Shown piece after piece: positions 21,401 through 32,618 of a DNA stretch of 61,908 bases. The position numbers were made by a program, and so were the translations under genes. Source of the DNA: Alphaproteobacteria bacterium UBA4588 (GTDB taxonomy: Bacteria > Pseudomonadota > Alphaproteobacteria > Puniceispirillales > Puniceispirillaceae); the NCBI GenBank assembly GCA_002387605.1, contig DGJU01000046.1:24892-86799 (forward strand), given 5' to 3'. The notes beneath the pieces were generated by a model. The model saw only the letters and a list, made by a program, of their open reading frames with translations. It was not told the origin of the DNA and ran no database searches. Within the stretch, counting starts at the first letter, position 1. Each line of letters starts with the position of its first letter.

Positions 21401-22123
21401 ATGTATTTTAGACCCTATCTTTGGTTAACCCTGTTATCTGTGCCAGCGCTGGCCCTGCTCTTGTTTTTGGGAAGCTGGCAAGTTCAGAGACTATTCTGGA
21501 AAACAGAGCTGATTACGACATTCAATGAACGGGCAGCCGCATCGCCTGTCTCAGTGAATGAGATTGTCGGCAGCGGCAAAGATAATCAGTTCCGCCGCCT
21601 TAGCCTGACAGGGACATTTCTGGATGATGATGAAATCTACCTTGTCGGCCGGACCTATGAAGGCAATGCAGGATTTCATGTTGTAACGCCCCTTCGTCAG
21701 GCAGATGATAGCATCATCTTCATTAATCGTGGATGGGTATCAGAAGATTATCGTTTGCCAGCCCAGCGCCCTTTTTCACTCACCCAAGGCGTTATTCAGA
21801 TTGATGGCATTGTTCGCCTGCCTCAACAGCAGGGTTATTTTGTCCCCGATAATGAGCCAGAGCGCGGTTTTTGGTTTACCCTAAAGCCAGATGAAATTGC
21901 TCGTTTTAGAGACTATTCATCTGTTGAGACAGCCTATTATGTCGATCAGGTGCGCACCAGTGAGGTGATTACATTGCCGATTGCAGCTGAGGTGCGCGTG
22001 GATGTCCGAAATGCCCATCTTAACTATGCACTGACATGGTTTGGGGTTGCACTGTCTCTGATCGGAGTTTACATCGCATATCATGTTTCTGCAGGGCGCC
22101 TTGGGTTTCGCGCTAAAAAATAG
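21401..22123 (+). CDS. SURF1 family cytochrome oxidase biogenesis protein
   Basis: 240 aa with N- and C-terminal TM helices, a GSWQVQRLFWK motif, and a position at the end of the cox cluster. Confidence 0.85.
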   Translation: MYFRPYLWLTLLSVPALALLLFLGSWQVQRLFWKTELITTFNERAAASPVSVNEIVGSGKDNQFRRLSLTGTFLDDDEIYLVGRTYEGNAGFHVVTPLRQADDSIIFINRGWVSEDYRLPAQRPFSLTQGVIQIDGIVRLPQQQGYFVPDNEPERGFWFTLKPDEIARFRDYSSVETAYYVDQVRTSEVITLPIAAEVRVDVRNAHLNYALTWFGVALSLIGVYIAYHVSAGRLGFRAKK

Positions 22124-22178
22124 AGAGATTATCTCTTTGTTGTGACATAATTAGATTAGACAGAAAGGCCGCCGAAAG

Positions 22179-23585
22179 ATGCGCTATATTAGCACGAGAG
22201 GACTGGATACAGACCGGTCTTTCGAAGACGTATTATTGAACGGGTTAGCCCGTGATGGCGGTTTGTATTTACCCAAAACATGGCCACGTCTGAGCGCCGA
22301 TGACATCCGCGGCATGTCCTCTAAATCCTATGCTGAAATCGCTGGTATGATTATTGGATGCTTTACGGGCGGACAACCAGAACAGTCACAGATAACAGCA
22401 ATGGCAGAAGATGCCTATAAAGGATTTACCCATAGCGATGTTGCCCCGTTGGTGGCGCTTGAGAATAACGTGCATGTCTGCGAGCTGTTTCATGGCCCCA
22501 CGATTGCGTTCAAAGATTATGCTATGCAGTTTTTATCGCGTGCCTTTGATGATGCGCTGACCAAGACAGGCAAGCGGGCGGTTATTCTGGGCGCAACGTC
22601 TGGTGATACTGGCTCAGCAGCTCTGGAAGCCTTTAAGGGGCGCGAGAGTGTCGATGTTTTCATCTTGTTTCCTGAAGGTCGTGTCTCTCCTGTTCAGCAA
22701 AAGCAGATGACATCGGTGCTGGATGCCGGTGCACATGCTGTTGCTGTTAAGGGTACTTTTGATGATTGTCAGGATTTAGTGAAAGCCAGCTTTAACGATG
22801 CGCGCTTCCGCGATGCTGTTAATCTATCAGCAGTGAATTCAATTAACTGGGCGCGACTGGTGCCTCAGATTGTTTATTACTTCACGTCTGCGATTGCCCT
22901 TGGTGCGCCAGATAAGCCGGTTGCCTTTTCTGTGCCGACCGGTAATTTTGGCAATGTGTTTGCTGGATGGGCTGCTTTGCAAATGGGACTGCCTATTGAA
23001 AAGCTTATCGTAGCCTCTAACCGTAATGATATTCTGACGCGCTTTTTTGAAACAGGACAGATGGCACGTGATGATGTTGCGCCGTCACTCAGCCCATCAA
23101 TGGATATTCAAGCATCCTCTAACTTTGAGCGGCTGCTCTTTGAATTGCTGGAACGTGATGGTGATAAAGTGCGCGCGTTGATGCAGGGATTTAGCGAAAC
23201 AGGCCGGTTTGATGTTAGCGCAGATGTGCTGTCACGCGCGCGTGAGACATTCTCAGCGTTCCGTCTTGATGATGAAGGAACACGGGCTGAAATTGCCCGA
23301 ACAGCGCGTGAAACAGGTATGGTTATCGACCCGCATAGTGCTGTTGGGCTGGCAGCTGCCCGCTCGGCTCGTGCTGCACGGATTGTTGCAGATGATGTGC
23401 CGATTATCTCGCTTGCCTGCGCGCATCCTGCAAAATTCCCTGATGCAGTGAAAAGCGCCACAGGCACGCATCCAGAACTACCAGATCATATGGCGGACTT
23501 AATGGAACGTGAAGAGCGTTTTTCTGTGATTGAGAATAATTTGTCGGACGTTCAAGCGTTTGTAACAGCAGGTATGCGCTCATGA
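22179..23585 (+). CDS. thrC: Threonine synthase
   Basis: 468 aa with the PLP-lysine motif FHGPTIAFKD. Confidence 0.9.
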   Translation: MRYISTRGLDTDRSFEDVLLNGLARDGGLYLPKTWPRLSADDIRGMSSKSYAEIAGMIIGCFTGGQPEQSQITAMAEDAYKGFTHSDVAPLVALENNVHVCELFHGPTIAFKDYAMQFLSRAFDDALTKTGKRAVILGATSGDTGSAALEAFKGRESVDVFILFPEGRVSPVQQKQMTSVLDAGAHAVAVKGTFDDCQDLVKASFNDARFRDAVNLSAVNSINWARLVPQIVYYFTSAIALGAPDKPVAFSVPTGNFGNVFAGWAALQMGLPIEKLIVASNRNDILTRFFETGQMARDDVAPSLSPSMDIQASSNFERLLFELLERDGDKVRALMQGFSETGRFDVSADVLSRARETFSAFRLDDEGTRAEIARTARETGMVIDPHSAVGLAAARSARAARIVADDVPIISLACAHPAKFPDAVKSATGTHPELPDHMADLMEREERFSVIENNLSDVQAFVTAGMRS

Positions 23586-24847
23586 CCCGCCGAATGAGTA
23601 CCTTATCGAACGGCATTCGTATTGCCTCTATTGCGATGCCTGAGGCTCATTCTGTCTCGCTTGGCATCTGGATAAAAGCTGGCGCGCGTGATGAGCGGAC
23701 CTCAGAAGTTGGGATTGCCCATTTTCTTGAACATATGGCGTTCAAAGGAACAGCTAGCAGAAATGCGGCAGCGATTGCCGCTGAAGTTGAAGATGCTGGC
23801 GGCTATGTTAATGCCCATACAAGCCGCGAAGAAACAGCCTATTATATCAAGTTGTTGCCTGAGGATATTGAGCTTGCAGGAGATATATTATGCGATATTC
23901 TGACCGCTAGCATTCTTCCCGAAGATGAGATTGAGCGTGAGCGCGGGGTTATCCTGCAAGAACTCGGTCAGGCGATTGATTCTCCGGATGACATCGTTTT
24001 TGAAAATTTCAATGCAGCCTGTTATGGCGACCATATTCTTGGCCAGTCCATCCTTGGTACCACAGACAGTGTATCTTCATTTAACCGTGATGAACTTCGA
24101 GCTTTTATGGACCGTCATTATGGCACAGCCCAGATGCTTGTTTGTGCAGCTGGTAAATTAGATCACGACCAGCTGGTTCGGATGTGTGAAGACAGACTAT
24201 CATCGGTTGCCAAAACAACACTTCATGCCCGAAGCGCGCCAGAATGGAAAGGCCAAACGAAGTTCGTAGATCGCGAGTTAGAACAATGCCATGTGGTTTT
24301 TGGTCTGCCAGCGCCGTCTGCAACATCAGCCGACCGATTTGCGCTATTGGTATTGTCGAATATTTATGGTGGCGGCATGTCATCACGCCTGTTCCAGCAG
24401 GTTCGCGAGGAACGTGGGTTATGCTATTCCATTTTCTCATTTGCCCAGTTGATGTCAGATACCGGTGTTTTTGGTATCTATGCCGGCACGTCTGAAGACT
24501 CGCTGAACGAAATGCTGGAAGTATCTGCGCGCGCCTTTGGTGATGTTGCCTCGTCTGTTAGCGAAGTGGAAATGGCGCGTGCCCGCACCCAGCTAAAGGC
24601 CTCAGTGATGATGGGACTAGATTCCTCTTCTGCCTTGAATGAGCATCTCGCGCGTCAGATATTGATGTTTGGTGAAGTTCCGCAAACAGATAATATTATC
24701 GCCGCTATTGAAGCTGTTACCGCAGATGAGGTGCGTAGATTGGCCGAAAAATTGATTTCTAGTACAACGCCAAGCCTCTCACTGGTTGGCCCTGCTGGAC
24801 ATGCGTTAACAACAGACCAGTTGTCATCTTTTATGATGCGAGGCTAG
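23582..24847 (+). CDS. M16 family zinc peptidase (mitochondrial-processing-peptidase-like)
   Basis: 421 aa with the inverted zinc motif HFLEHMAFKGT. Its start overlaps the thrC stop in an ATGA. Confidence 0.85.
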   Translation: MTRRMSTLSNGIRIASIAMPEAHSVSLGIWIKAGARDERTSEVGIAHFLEHMAFKGTASRNAAAIAAEVEDAGGYVNAHTSREETAYYIKLLPEDIELAGDILCDILTASILPEDEIERERGVILQELGQAIDSPDDIVFENFNAACYGDHILGQSILGTTDSVSSFNRDELRAFMDRHYGTAQMLVCAAGKLDHDQLVRMCEDRLSSVAKTTLHARSAPEWKGQTKFVDRELEQCHVVFGLPAPSATSADRFALLVLSNIYGGGMSSRLFQQVREERGLCYSIFSFAQLMSDTGVFGIYAGTSEDSLNEMLEVSARAFGDVASSVSEVEMARARTQLKASVMMGLDSSSALNEHLARQILMFGEVPQTDNIIAAIEAVTADEVRRLAEKLISSTTPSLSLVGPAGHALTTDQLSSFMMRG

Positions 24848-24860
24848 AAGCGCGCCATCA

Positions 24861-25448
24861 TCAGGCCGTTCCGCTTGTTGATGAGAGCGAGCCTGCGGTA
24901 ATGCCAAGAAGAGCAAAGCTGCGATCCCAGATAATATTGCTGTCTGTTGTAAAAAGCATGTCGGGATCAGCCGCCAGATGAAACCACATATTCTGCCGCA
25001 TTTCTTCTTCCAGCTGGCCTGATGACCAGCCAGCATAGCCAAGCATGACTTTAGTCATGACAGGCCCAAACCCACGCGAGATTTCCTTTATCATATCAAC
25101 ATGGATAGACAAGCAAATATCTTTGGTTACCGGAATAGTGTCTGGCATCATATGGTCGTTCGAATGAAGAATATACCCACGCTGTGGCTCAACGGGACCG
25201 CCAATATAGACAGGATCATCACTATCAAAATGTGGCATTTCAATGCCTAGTTTTTCGTTTAACTGGCTGAGTGTAATGTCAGAACTTGGATTATTTATCA
25301 CAAGACCCATTGCCGCTTTATCGTCGTGCTGACACATGAATATCGCTTTATGTTTAAAGCGGGGATCTGTCATCTGCGGCGTTGCGACCAGTAGCTGGCC
25401 CGCTAGATTTGATGGCATTATTGTCGGCTCATTACCTGTCATAAACAA
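24861..25448 (-). CDS. YqgE/AlgH family protein (UPF0301)
   Basis: 195 aa with the family-typical LLVATPQMTDPRF ... MGLVINNP segment. Confidence 0.8.
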   Translation of the reverse strand: MFMTGNEPTIMPSNLAGQLLVATPQMTDPRFKHKAIFMCQHDDKAAMGLVINNPSSDITLSQLNEKLGIEMPHFDSDDPVYIGGPVEPQRGYILHSNDHMMPDTIPVTKDICLSIHVDMIKEISRGFGPVMTKVMLGYAGWSSGQLEEEMRQNMWFHLAADPDMLFTTDSNIIWDRSFALLGITAGSLSSTSGTA

Positions 25449-25562
25449 ACATTAGCCTTGTTTGCTGATAGGTGCAATCGACAGGCGCGCTTATCCAAGA
25501 ATTGACTGTAGTCGCAATGCCAGATATTTCATGGGGACGCCAGAGGGGATACCTGAAATCTA

Positions 25563-27689
25563 ATGATACATAAATCTAATACCGCCCCATATCACGCGCC
25601 AATAAAGGGCGCTGTTGATATCAATAGCCTGATTGTCACTATTGTGATGATGCTGGCTTGCGGGCTGGCATTAGCGCGTTATCAGCCAGTAAAGGCTGAT
25701 ACTATCATAGAAACAGATTTTGTTCGGATCAGCCTTATCTCTGGCAGTGAAGCTGCTGGTCAGAATAGTGCGGTACCTGTTGGTCTTCGGTTTCAGTTGC
25801 AACCCGGCTGGAAAGTTTATTGGCGTAGCCCAGGCGAAGCTGGCCTGCCGCCCGAATTCACCCCTGATGCTATGTTATCATCTGGGGGGAATGCTGCGCT
25901 ACAATTTCCGGTACCAACCAGATTTTCATTGTTTGGCATTGATACTTACGGCTATGGCGGTGATGTCATTCTGCCGATGGAAATAGAGCCACGGTTAGGT
26001 AGTGCCCGCGAAATCTTTATCACAGGTCAGCTTGATGCGCTTATATGCTCTGATATCTGTGTGCCTGTGTCTGGCACTCTTTCACTAACTATTCCGGCTG
26101 GACAAGCCCGCCCATCTGTCTTTGCCCAGCAGATTGCACGGGCCGCCGCACGGGTTCCATCAGCTATCACCGGCCCTGATATCATCTTAGAAGATATGGC
26201 ACTTGATTCTAATATGCTTACCCTGCGGTTTTCAGATGGAACACCTGACATTACCGATATTTTTGTTGAAACTGCGCAGAATGGATATAGTTTTGGCACG
26301 CCACAAAAAATATCGACAGGCCTTTATCAGAGTCCGGTTGGGGGACGTGACATCCAGCCCCTCATCGGAACAGATCTGCGACTTACAGTTGATGCCGGCA
26401 GTCAGTTTGCAGAAATAATAGCGCCTGCTATCATGGGCAATATCGGCTCATCTTCAGGGATTGGTGCGAGCCTGTCATCTGTGTTGTTGCTTCTCGTGAT
26501 AGCGTTTCTGGGCGGTATGATTTTAAATGTAATGCCGTGTGTTTTGCCGGTGCTGACTATCAAGCTTGCCAGCATTGCTGAGATGGGCGGGCAGGATCGC
26601 ATCACTATCCGGCGCCGGATGCTTGCAACTGCTGCCGGCATTCTAACGAGTTTTGCTGTTCTGGCAGCAGGGCTTATCTTAGTGCAACTTGCCGGACATA
26701 GCATTGGCTGGGGAACCCAATTCCAGAACCCGTATTTTCTGTGTTTCATGTCGGTTGTGATGGTGCTGTTTAGCTTATCTCTGTTTGATAAGATTACCGT
26801 GCCGCTGCCTGCTGGCATCAGCCAGATTTCTGCTGGTGGCAGAAGTAATAGTAAGTTAGGCGCTGATTTTTCAAGTGGATTTCTTGTCACTCTTCTTGCA
26901 ACACCATGTTCAGCGCCACTTGTCGGCACGGCGGTAAGTTTTGCGCTTGCTAGCCCGCCGCCATTGTTATTTACAGTTCTCATGGTTATGGGGGCAGGGC
27001 TGGCTGTGCCGTATCTGCTGGGCGCTATCATGCCTGATTTCGGTAAGCTTCTGCCGCGTCCGGGGAAATGGATGCTCCGCGTAAAACAGGGTCTTGGTCT
27101 TGGCTTGCTCGGCACTCTTATCTGGCTGCTCTGGCTGGTCCAGTCCCAGCTTGGCATATCCGGTCTCATCGGGCTTTTATTATGTCTTGGCGGGCTTTGT
27201 CTTAGTCTCTTTTTCATGCCGACACAGATGCGGGCAGTACAACAGGCAGCTATGCTTATTCTGCTTGCCGGAGCCATTATCTTGCCGCCGCTTCTTGCTG
27301 ATACAGCGCCGGCCCGCCCCTTAGTGCAAGCAGGCGATGACTGGGCTATCTTCTCCCAGCAAGCGCTAGATGAAGCCCGTGAGCAGAATAAACGGGTCTT
27401 TGTTGATGTCACCGCAGATTGGTGTGTTACCTGCAAGCTGAATAAAGTATTTGTGCTGGAAGATAAGGATGTGAGAGCCGCTTTGGGGGCTGATGATGTT
27501 GTGCGGTTGCGGGCAGACTGGACGGTGCCTGATGATGATATTTCAGCCTATCTATTTAGTTTTGGTCGGTTTGGCATACCGTTTAATGCTGTTTATGGTC
27601 CGGCGGCAAAAGAGCCCCTTATTCTGTCTGAGCTTTTATCAGCTGATGAGGTTATTTCTGCACTGGCAAAGTTCAGCTCACTACCCTAG
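25563..27689 (+). CDS. Thiol:disulfide interchange protein, DsbD/ScsB family (periplasmic N-domain, membrane core, C-terminal thioredoxin)
   Basis: 708 aa. Features are an N-domain Cys pair CSDIC, a central polytopic core with conserved Cys residues (MPCVLPV, TPCSAP), and a C-terminal thioredoxin WCVTCK. Confidence 0.85.
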   Translation: MIHKSNTAPYHAPIKGAVDINSLIVTIVMMLACGLALARYQPVKADTIIETDFVRISLISGSEAAGQNSAVPVGLRFQLQPGWKVYWRSPGEAGLPPEFTPDAMLSSGGNAALQFPVPTRFSLFGIDTYGYGGDVILPMEIEPRLGSAREIFITGQLDALICSDICVPVSGTLSLTIPAGQARPSVFAQQIARAAARVPSAITGPDIILEDMALDSNMLTLRFSDGTPDITDIFVETAQNGYSFGTPQKISTGLYQSPVGGRDIQPLIGTDLRLTVDAGSQFAEIIAPAIMGNIGSSSGIGASLSSVLLLLVIAFLGGMILNVMPCVLPVLTIKLASIAEMGGQDRITIRRRMLATAAGILTSFAVLAAGLILVQLAGHSIGWGTQFQNPYFLCFMSVVMVLFSLSLFDKITVPLPAGISQISAGGRSNSKLGADFSSGFLVTLLATPCSAPLVGTAVSFALASPPPLLFTVLMVMGAGLAVPYLLGAIMPDFGKLLPRPGKWMLRVKQGLGLGLLGTLIWLLWLVQSQLGISGLIGLLLCLGGLCLSLFFMPTQMRAVQQAAMLILLAGAIILPPLLADTAPARPLVQAGDDWAIFSQQALDEAREQNKRVFVDVTADWCVTCKLNKVFVLEDKDVRAALGADDVVRLRADWTVPDDDISAYLFSFGRFGIPFNAVYGPAAKEPLILSELLSADEVISALAKFSSLP

Positions 27690-27734
27690 ATTAAGCCGGT
27701 ATATCGTAAATATTTTTGCAAAGGATTAGCCAAA

Positions 27735-28220
27735 ATGTCTCTTGAAGCTGGATTTACCATTCCGTCTGCTATGTTCTACACTAAGGATGATGACGGTATT
27801 AATGCAAATGATACGGTAGAGTATTTTGCCGGCCGCAAAATTGTTGTCTTTGCCCTTCCGGGCGCTTTTACACCGACCTGTTCTGCCCGTCATCTGCCAA
27901 CCTATATTGAGCATCATGATGCGTTGAAAGCAGCAGGGGTTGATGCGATTGCATGTCTTGCCGTTAATGATGCTCATGTGATGCACGCATGGGCGATGGC
28001 TGAGGGCGCTAGTGACAAAATTGATATGCTGGCAGATAGCACAACAGCTGTAAGCGCTGCGCTGGGCATTCTATTTGATATGGGCGGTATCTTGGGCAAG
28101 CGCGCAACACGCTGTGCGTTTATTGTTGAGGACGGCGTTGTTGGTCATGTCTTTATGGAAGAGGTTGGCGCGTTTGAGGTATCAGACGCTGGCACTGTTC
28201 TGGCCGCATTAACAGCCTAA
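27735..28220 (+). CDS. Peroxiredoxin, Prx5 subfamily
   Basis: 161 aa with the peroxidatic Cys motif PGAFTPTCS. Confidence 0.85.
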   Translation: MSLEAGFTIPSAMFYTKDDDGINANDTVEYFAGRKIVVFALPGAFTPTCSARHLPTYIEHHDALKAAGVDAIACLAVNDAHVMHAWAMAEGASDKIDMLADSTTAVSAALGILFDMGGILGKRATRCAFIVEDGVVGHVFMEEVGAFEVSDAGTVLAALTA

Positions 28221-28235
28221 CCCCCTCATCAGGCG

Positions 28236-28691
28236 TTAAAACTGCCGCGCCTCTGCGCTGGCAAGCTCATCACACCGCTCATTCAAGGGATGTCCTGCAT
28301 GTCCCTTGATCCATTGCCAGTCTATCTGATGGGACTGGGTTGCAGCATCAAGCCGTTGCCATAATTCTTGATTGGCAACGGGTTGTTTTTTCGCATTTTT
28401 CCAGCCATTGCGCTTCCAGCCTGCAATCCAGCTCTGAATGCCATTCAGAACATACCGGCTATCTGATACAACCGTGATGCTTACTGGGCGTTTAAGGGCT
28501 TCAAGCCCCATAATCACGGCCATTAATTCCATTTGGTTGTTTGTTGTGTCGGCGAGCCCGCCGCTCAGAACACTTTCATGTTCTCCCCATTGCAGAATCG
28601 CTGCCCATCCACCGGGGCCAGGATTGCCAAGGCAGGCGCCATCTGTATGCAATGTAACATTAGATGTCGGCGTATCAGTTGTCATGACCAC
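28236..28691 (-). CDS. rnhA: Ribonuclease HI
   Basis: 151 aa with [18 protein letters not shown] and a conserved DEDD-type layout. Confidence 0.9.
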   Translation of the reverse strand: MVMTTDTPTSNVTLHTDGACLGNPGPGGWAAILQWGEHESVLSGGLADTTNNQMELMAVIMGLEALKRPVSITVVSDSRYVLNGIQSWIAGWKRNGWKNAKKQPVANQELWQRLDAATQSHQIDWQWIKGHAGHPLNERCDELASAEARQF

Positions 28692-29647
28692 AGACCATAA
28701 GCCTCTGGTCCGGGGGCTGTATCATGGAACCGAAGCTTGGCATAATATTCCATAGGATTAAGCGGTTTGACCATGGCATCTGTAGGCGTATTTATCCAAT
28801 CATAGAGCCTCGTTAAGAAAAACCGCATCGCAGCGCCTCTACATAATAGGGGGAGTGCCTGTTTTTCAGCATTACTTAACAAGCGCTGTTCCTGATAGGC
28901 TGATAATATCGTTGATGATTTTGTGACATTAAAACTACCATCAGCATCAAAGCACCATGAATTTAACAGCACCGCAAGGTCATAGGCTAGAATATCATGG
29001 CAGCCAAAATAAAAATCAATGATGCCGGTAAGCTTGTCTTTCACAAAAAGCGCATTGTTGGGAAACAGGTCTGCATGGATAAAGCCGCGGGGCAGGGCGT
29101 GTGGCCATGTAGCGAGTATATCTGTTAGCTGAGAGGCTGCATTTTGTCTGATATCTTGCGGCAGGTCAGGGATATCACCTGTGATAGAGGCCAGCAAAGG
29201 CGCCCAGCTTTCCGGCCCGAGAGCATTGTGACGCATTATCGTAAAATCATCTGATTTTAAATGAAACTGAGCCAGAGCGCTCCCGACAGCTGCGCATTTT
29301 TCCCGGTTAGGAAAGCGGTGCGATGTGCCGTCAAGGAAGCTTACCATAGCAGCTGTCCGGCCTGCGCAGGTTTGCAAAATAGTGCCTGTTTTATCCTGAA
29401 TTGGAACAGGGCATTGCAGACCCTTTGCTGATAAATGTTCCATCAATCCGATAAAGAAAGGCAGATCAGCCTCATCAACACGCTTTTCATATAAGGTCAG
29501 GATGTAATGTGCTGTTGTTGTACGCACCAGGTAATTAGAATTTTCAACACCCTCAGCAATGCCCGCAAAGCTCAGCAACTCGCCAATATCATAGCGCGCA
29601 AGAAGCGTTGCAAGTTCATCATCTTCTATATGGGTATAGACTGCCAT
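28682..29647 (-). CDS. thrB: Homoserine kinase (type II, APH-fold)
   Basis: 321 aa with the kinase catalytic loop IHADLFPNN. The ispH-thrB-rnhA order is typical of alphaproteobacteria. Confidence 0.8.
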   Translation of the reverse strand: MAVYTHIEDDELATLLARYDIGELLSFAGIAEGVENSNYLVRTTTAHYILTLYEKRVDEADLPFFIGLMEHLSAKGLQCPVPIQDKTGTILQTCAGRTAAMVSFLDGTSHRFPNREKCAAVGSALAQFHLKSDDFTIMRHNALGPESWAPLLASITGDIPDLPQDIRQNAASQLTDILATWPHALPRGFIHADLFPNNALFVKDKLTGIIDFYFGCHDILAYDLAVLLNSWCFDADGSFNVTKSSTILSAYQEQRLLSNAEKQALPLLCRGAAMRFFLTRLYDWINTPTDAMVKPLNPMEYYAKLRFHDTAPGPEAYGLWS

Positions 29648-29659
29648 TTGCCTGCCTAG

Positions 29660-30610
29660 TTACGCTTTTGTCAGGATCGATGGCAGTTTAAACTGCATAT
29701 TTTCAGAAATCAGATTTTGATATTCAATGGTAAGCTGATAGCGAGACTCAAGAAGGTCGCGCACCTCATCCACCAGAATTTCAGGAGCAGAAGCTCCGGC
29801 TGATAATGCAATGATATCAGCGTTATCCAGCAGCTCTATATTGATTTCTGATGCATCAGCTATCAGGTGGGCCTCTGGCGCGCCAGCTTTTAGTGCCACC
29901 TCAACAAGTCTTTTTGAATTGGATGAATTTTCTGCGCCGATAACAAGAACAAGGTCAACATCGCCAGCTAATGCCTTTACAGCATTTTGTCTGTTTGTTG
30001 TCGCATAGCAGATATCTTCGCCGCGTGGGCCTGAAATATCCGGGAAGCGGTGCTGCAGAATGGAAATGATCTCGGCTGTCTCATCAGTTGATAAAGTTGT
30101 TTGTGACGCAAAGGCAAGATTAACATTTTCCGGCGGCTCAATGGTTGCCGCATCTTCAACTGTTTCAACAAGACTCATCTCGCCGTCTTTTACCTGTCCC
30201 ATTGTGCCGATAACTTCTGGATGACCAGCATGTCCTATCAAAAGGATATGACGACCATTTTTCACGTGCCTGTCAGCTTCAATATGAACTTTGGTTACCA
30301 GAGGGCAGGTTGCATCAATTGCAATCATATTCAATCTGTCTGCATTCTCATGCACAGATTTAGCAACGCCGTGAGCTGAGAAAATAACCGGCGCTCCGGT
30401 AGGGACCTCGTCCAATTCTTTGACAAACACTGCGCCCTTGGCAGCAAGGTCATCAACAACTCTTTTGTTATGAACAATTTGATGGCGGACATAGACAGGC
30501 GCGCCATATTTTTCCAGCGCAACCTCAACAATGCGGATTGCCCTATCAACACCAGCACAAAATCCCCGTGGTGCGGCAAGTATCAATTTTTTTGCAGGTT
30601 TAACAGCCAT
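29660..30610 (-). CDS. ispH: 4-hydroxy-3-methylbut-2-enyl diphosphate reductase
   Basis: 316 aa with the [13 protein letters not shown]-terminal Fe-S Cys motif. Confidence 0.92.
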   Translation of the reverse strand: MAVKPAKKLILAAPRGFCAGVDRAIRIVEVALEKYGAPVYVRHQIVHNKRVVDDLAAKGAVFVKELDEVPTGAPVIFSAHGVAKSVHENADRLNMIAIDATCPLVTKVHIEADRHVKNGRHILLIGHAGHPEVIGTMGQVKDGEMSLVETVEDAATIEPPENVNLAFASQTTLSTDETAEIISILQHRFPDISGPRGEDICYATTNRQNAVKALAGDVDLVLVIGAENSSNSKRLVEVALKAGAPEAHLIADASEINIELLDNADIIALSAGASAPEILVDEVRDLLESRYQLTIEYQNLISENMQFKLPSILTKA

Positions 30611-30751
30611 TGTAACCCATTACTGTTCTATCTTGGCCTGTGAGCACTGCACAAAGCCATGCGGATAAATCTATCTGGTAAACTTTGTAGCAGACTATCA
30701 ATATTGTTGCTATAAAGCAGTGTGAAGAAATGACAAAAGAGTTTTCCTGCA

Positions 30752-31240
30752 ATGACCTCTCCTAATGCTCTCTCATATTCCCGATTTGCTGCGATTGGTG
30801 CCAGCCTTGTTTTGCTGTCTGCCTGTTCTAGCTTTGAGCCCGACCCTGTCAGGTGCAACGAGCGGGTAACAGCCATGGAATTAGGCGCACGCTCTAGCCT
30901 TTTAGCGCTGGAAACTGGCGAGCCCATAGAAGTGCGCTTAAACGGTGTTTCAGCGTCATGTATTAATTTTGAGACCGAAACCTATATTGATATCAAGGCT
31001 GGTTTGAAAGTTTTACGCCCGCAATCAGATATTGATCGTGTTGCTCAACTTGAAGTGCCATTTGTTGTTGCGGCAGTCGCGGGCGACGATACTGTTATCG
31101 AACATGACGCGTTCGGTTTCAAAATGGCCTTATCCAGCGATACACGTACACTTTATCCAGTAGTAGAGTTTGGCATAACAATACCGCTGGATGGCCGCGC
31201 TGTGATTTCGTTAACGCCGGAAGGGTTGCAGATTAAGTAA
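30752..31240 (+). CDS. Lipoprotein of unknown function
   Basis: 162 aa with a signal peptide and lipobox (LVLLSAC). I recognise no other family signature. Confidence 0.6.
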   Translation: MTSPNALSYSRFAAIGASLVLLSACSSFEPDPVRCNERVTAMELGARSSLLALETGEPIEVRLNGVSASCINFETETYIDIKAGLKVLRPQSDIDRVAQLEVPFVVAAVAGDDTVIEHDAFGFKMALSSDTRTLYPVVEFGITIPLDGRAVISLTPEGLQIK

Positions 31241-31290
31241 GCCGAGGCGCAGCAACGCTCAGGGTAGCTGAAGACGCCCATGTAACGATA

Positions 31291-31330
31291 AAAAAACCCC
31301 TCTCACACCAGTTGTGAAAGGGGTTTTGTT
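31291..31330. terminator. Bidirectional intrinsic terminator between the lipoprotein gene and atpF
   Basis: The sequence is A7-CCCCTCTCACA-ccagt-TGTGAAAGGGG-TTTTGTT. It is a GC-rich stem with one mismatch, flanked by an A-run and a T-run, so it reads as stem plus U-tract on both strands. It sits between two convergent gene ends. Confidence 0.75.
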
Positions 31331-31350
31331 ATTCAGATAATAGAGGCGCG

Positions 31351-31830
31351 CTATTTTGTAGCGGCGATTTGGCTCACTGACTGTTCAACCAGTTGGAGTG
31401 AGGCTTTCTCATCAAGGCTACTTATCATCAAATCACGGGCAGCATTCACAGCCAGAGATGCCGCAGTACCGCGGAGTTCTGTTATCAAAGAAGCTTCAGC
31501 TGCTTTGATTTTCGCTGTCGCCTGTGCTTCACGGCGCGCAATTGTATCTTTGGCGCGGCTCTCGGCATCTTCACGAATACGGTCTGCTGCGGTGAGCGCA
31601 TTTGAGATAATGGTTTTGGCTTCTGCCTCGGCTTCTTTTTTCATGCCTTCGAACTTTTTGAGCTCGCGCGCTGCATCTTCGCGCAACTGTTTGGCTTCAT
31701 TTAGTTCGGCACTGATTTTGTCTGAGCGTCCATCAAGCATGCCAACTAAAGCCGCGCCTGCTTTTTTCCAGATTAGCATAATGAACAGGGCAAATCCAAT
31801 TGCAACCCAAGCTGATTCGTCAAAATACAT
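31351..31830 (-). CDS. atpF: ATP synthase F0 subunit b
   Basis: 159 aa from ATG 31830 (MYFDESAWVAIGF...) with AGGAGG 9 nt upstream. It has one N-terminal TM helix followed by a long charged Ala/Glu/Lys/Arg-rich helix. The start is 1 nt after the b' stop. The track ORF (to 31869) runs back into the b' gene. Confidence 0.85.
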   Translation of the reverse strand: MYFDESAWVAIGFALFIMLIWKKAGAALVGMLDGRSDKISAELNEAKQLREDAARELKKFEGMKKEAEAEAKTIISNALTAADRIREDAESRAKDTIARREAQATAKIKAAEASLITELRGTAASLAVNAARDLMISSLDEKASLQLVEQSVSQIAATK

Positions 31831-31831
31831 G

Positions 31832-32428
31832 TTACGAGGCCTCCTGGTTTGCGCGCGTTGCCATGGCATCTTTCACAGACTTGCTCACAGCCGCTTTTGT
31901 CGGCTTCAAGCTTGTCAGATGTGAGACAGTCTGAGCCGTAATTTCAGCCGCAACTTCATCAATGCTTGCCATTGCATCATCACGCATCTTCATCAACTTT
32001 GTTTCAGCAGTCTTTAGCTTTTGGTTAAGCTTTGTTGCCATTTCAGCTTCAGCTTCATCAGCTGTTGCTTTTGCTTCACTCAGAGCGTCGCGTGCTTTTG
32101 CAGCGGCTTCTGTGCGGGCGGCTTCAAGGGACGCTTCATAGCTGAGTCGCATCTCTGTGACTTTAGTGTCAGCGTCACGCGCCTTTTCAAGATCGTTTGT
32201 AATTCTTTGTTGTCTGTCTTCAAGCACAGACCGAATACGCGGTGTTACCATTACTGACATCAAGAGATACATAATAGCAAAGGTGACCACCAGCCAGAAT
32301 AGCTGTGTTGGCCATGTTGTTAAATCGAGCTGCGGCAATCCGCCTGCTTCATCGCCACCACCGGCAGCCCAACCAAGACCTGGTGACATTAGCAACGGTA
32401 CAACTAATAGCAGGGTTTTATGTCTCAT
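31832..32428 (-). CDS. atpF2: ATP synthase F0 subunit b'
   Basis: Second b-type subunit (TM helix plus long charged helix), as in alphaproteobacterial F0 operons. The likely start is ATG 32428 (MRHKTLLL...). The track ORF begins at a TTG at 32440. Confidence 0.8.
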   Translation of the reverse strand: MRHKTLLLVVPLLMSPGLGWAAGGGDEAGGLPQLDLTTWPTQLFWLVVTFAIMYLLMSVMVTPRIRSVLEDRQQRITNDLEKARDADTKVTEMRLSYEASLEAARTEAAAKARDALSEAKATADEAEAEMATKLNQKLKTAETKLMKMRDDAMASIDEVAAEITAQTVSHLTSLKPTKAAVSKSVKDAMATRANQEAS

Positions 32429-32618
32429 CTCGCGCACCAATTCTGTTTGCTCATCTTTATTACTGCAAAGGATGATTATGCTGCGCGTTGACCCCGACTA
32501 TTTCGGAGCAAAGATTGCACAAAACAAAAGAAAACAGGACAGTTCTCGCCCGTCTTTTTTATCACCTATCTTGCAGCGCCAAATAAACCAAGAAGATATT
32601 TCTCGTTTCAGATGGCAA

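Noticed and set aside
26402-27436. 344-aa ORF on the - strand, the longest unexplained ORF in the track
   Set aside because: It lies entirely antisense to the DsbD/ScsB-like gene, whose own frame carries clear Cys motifs and a thioredoxin domain. Its translation is Arg/Ser/Pro/Ala-rich and low in complexity, which is typical of a shadow ORF on the opposite strand of a GC-biased gene.
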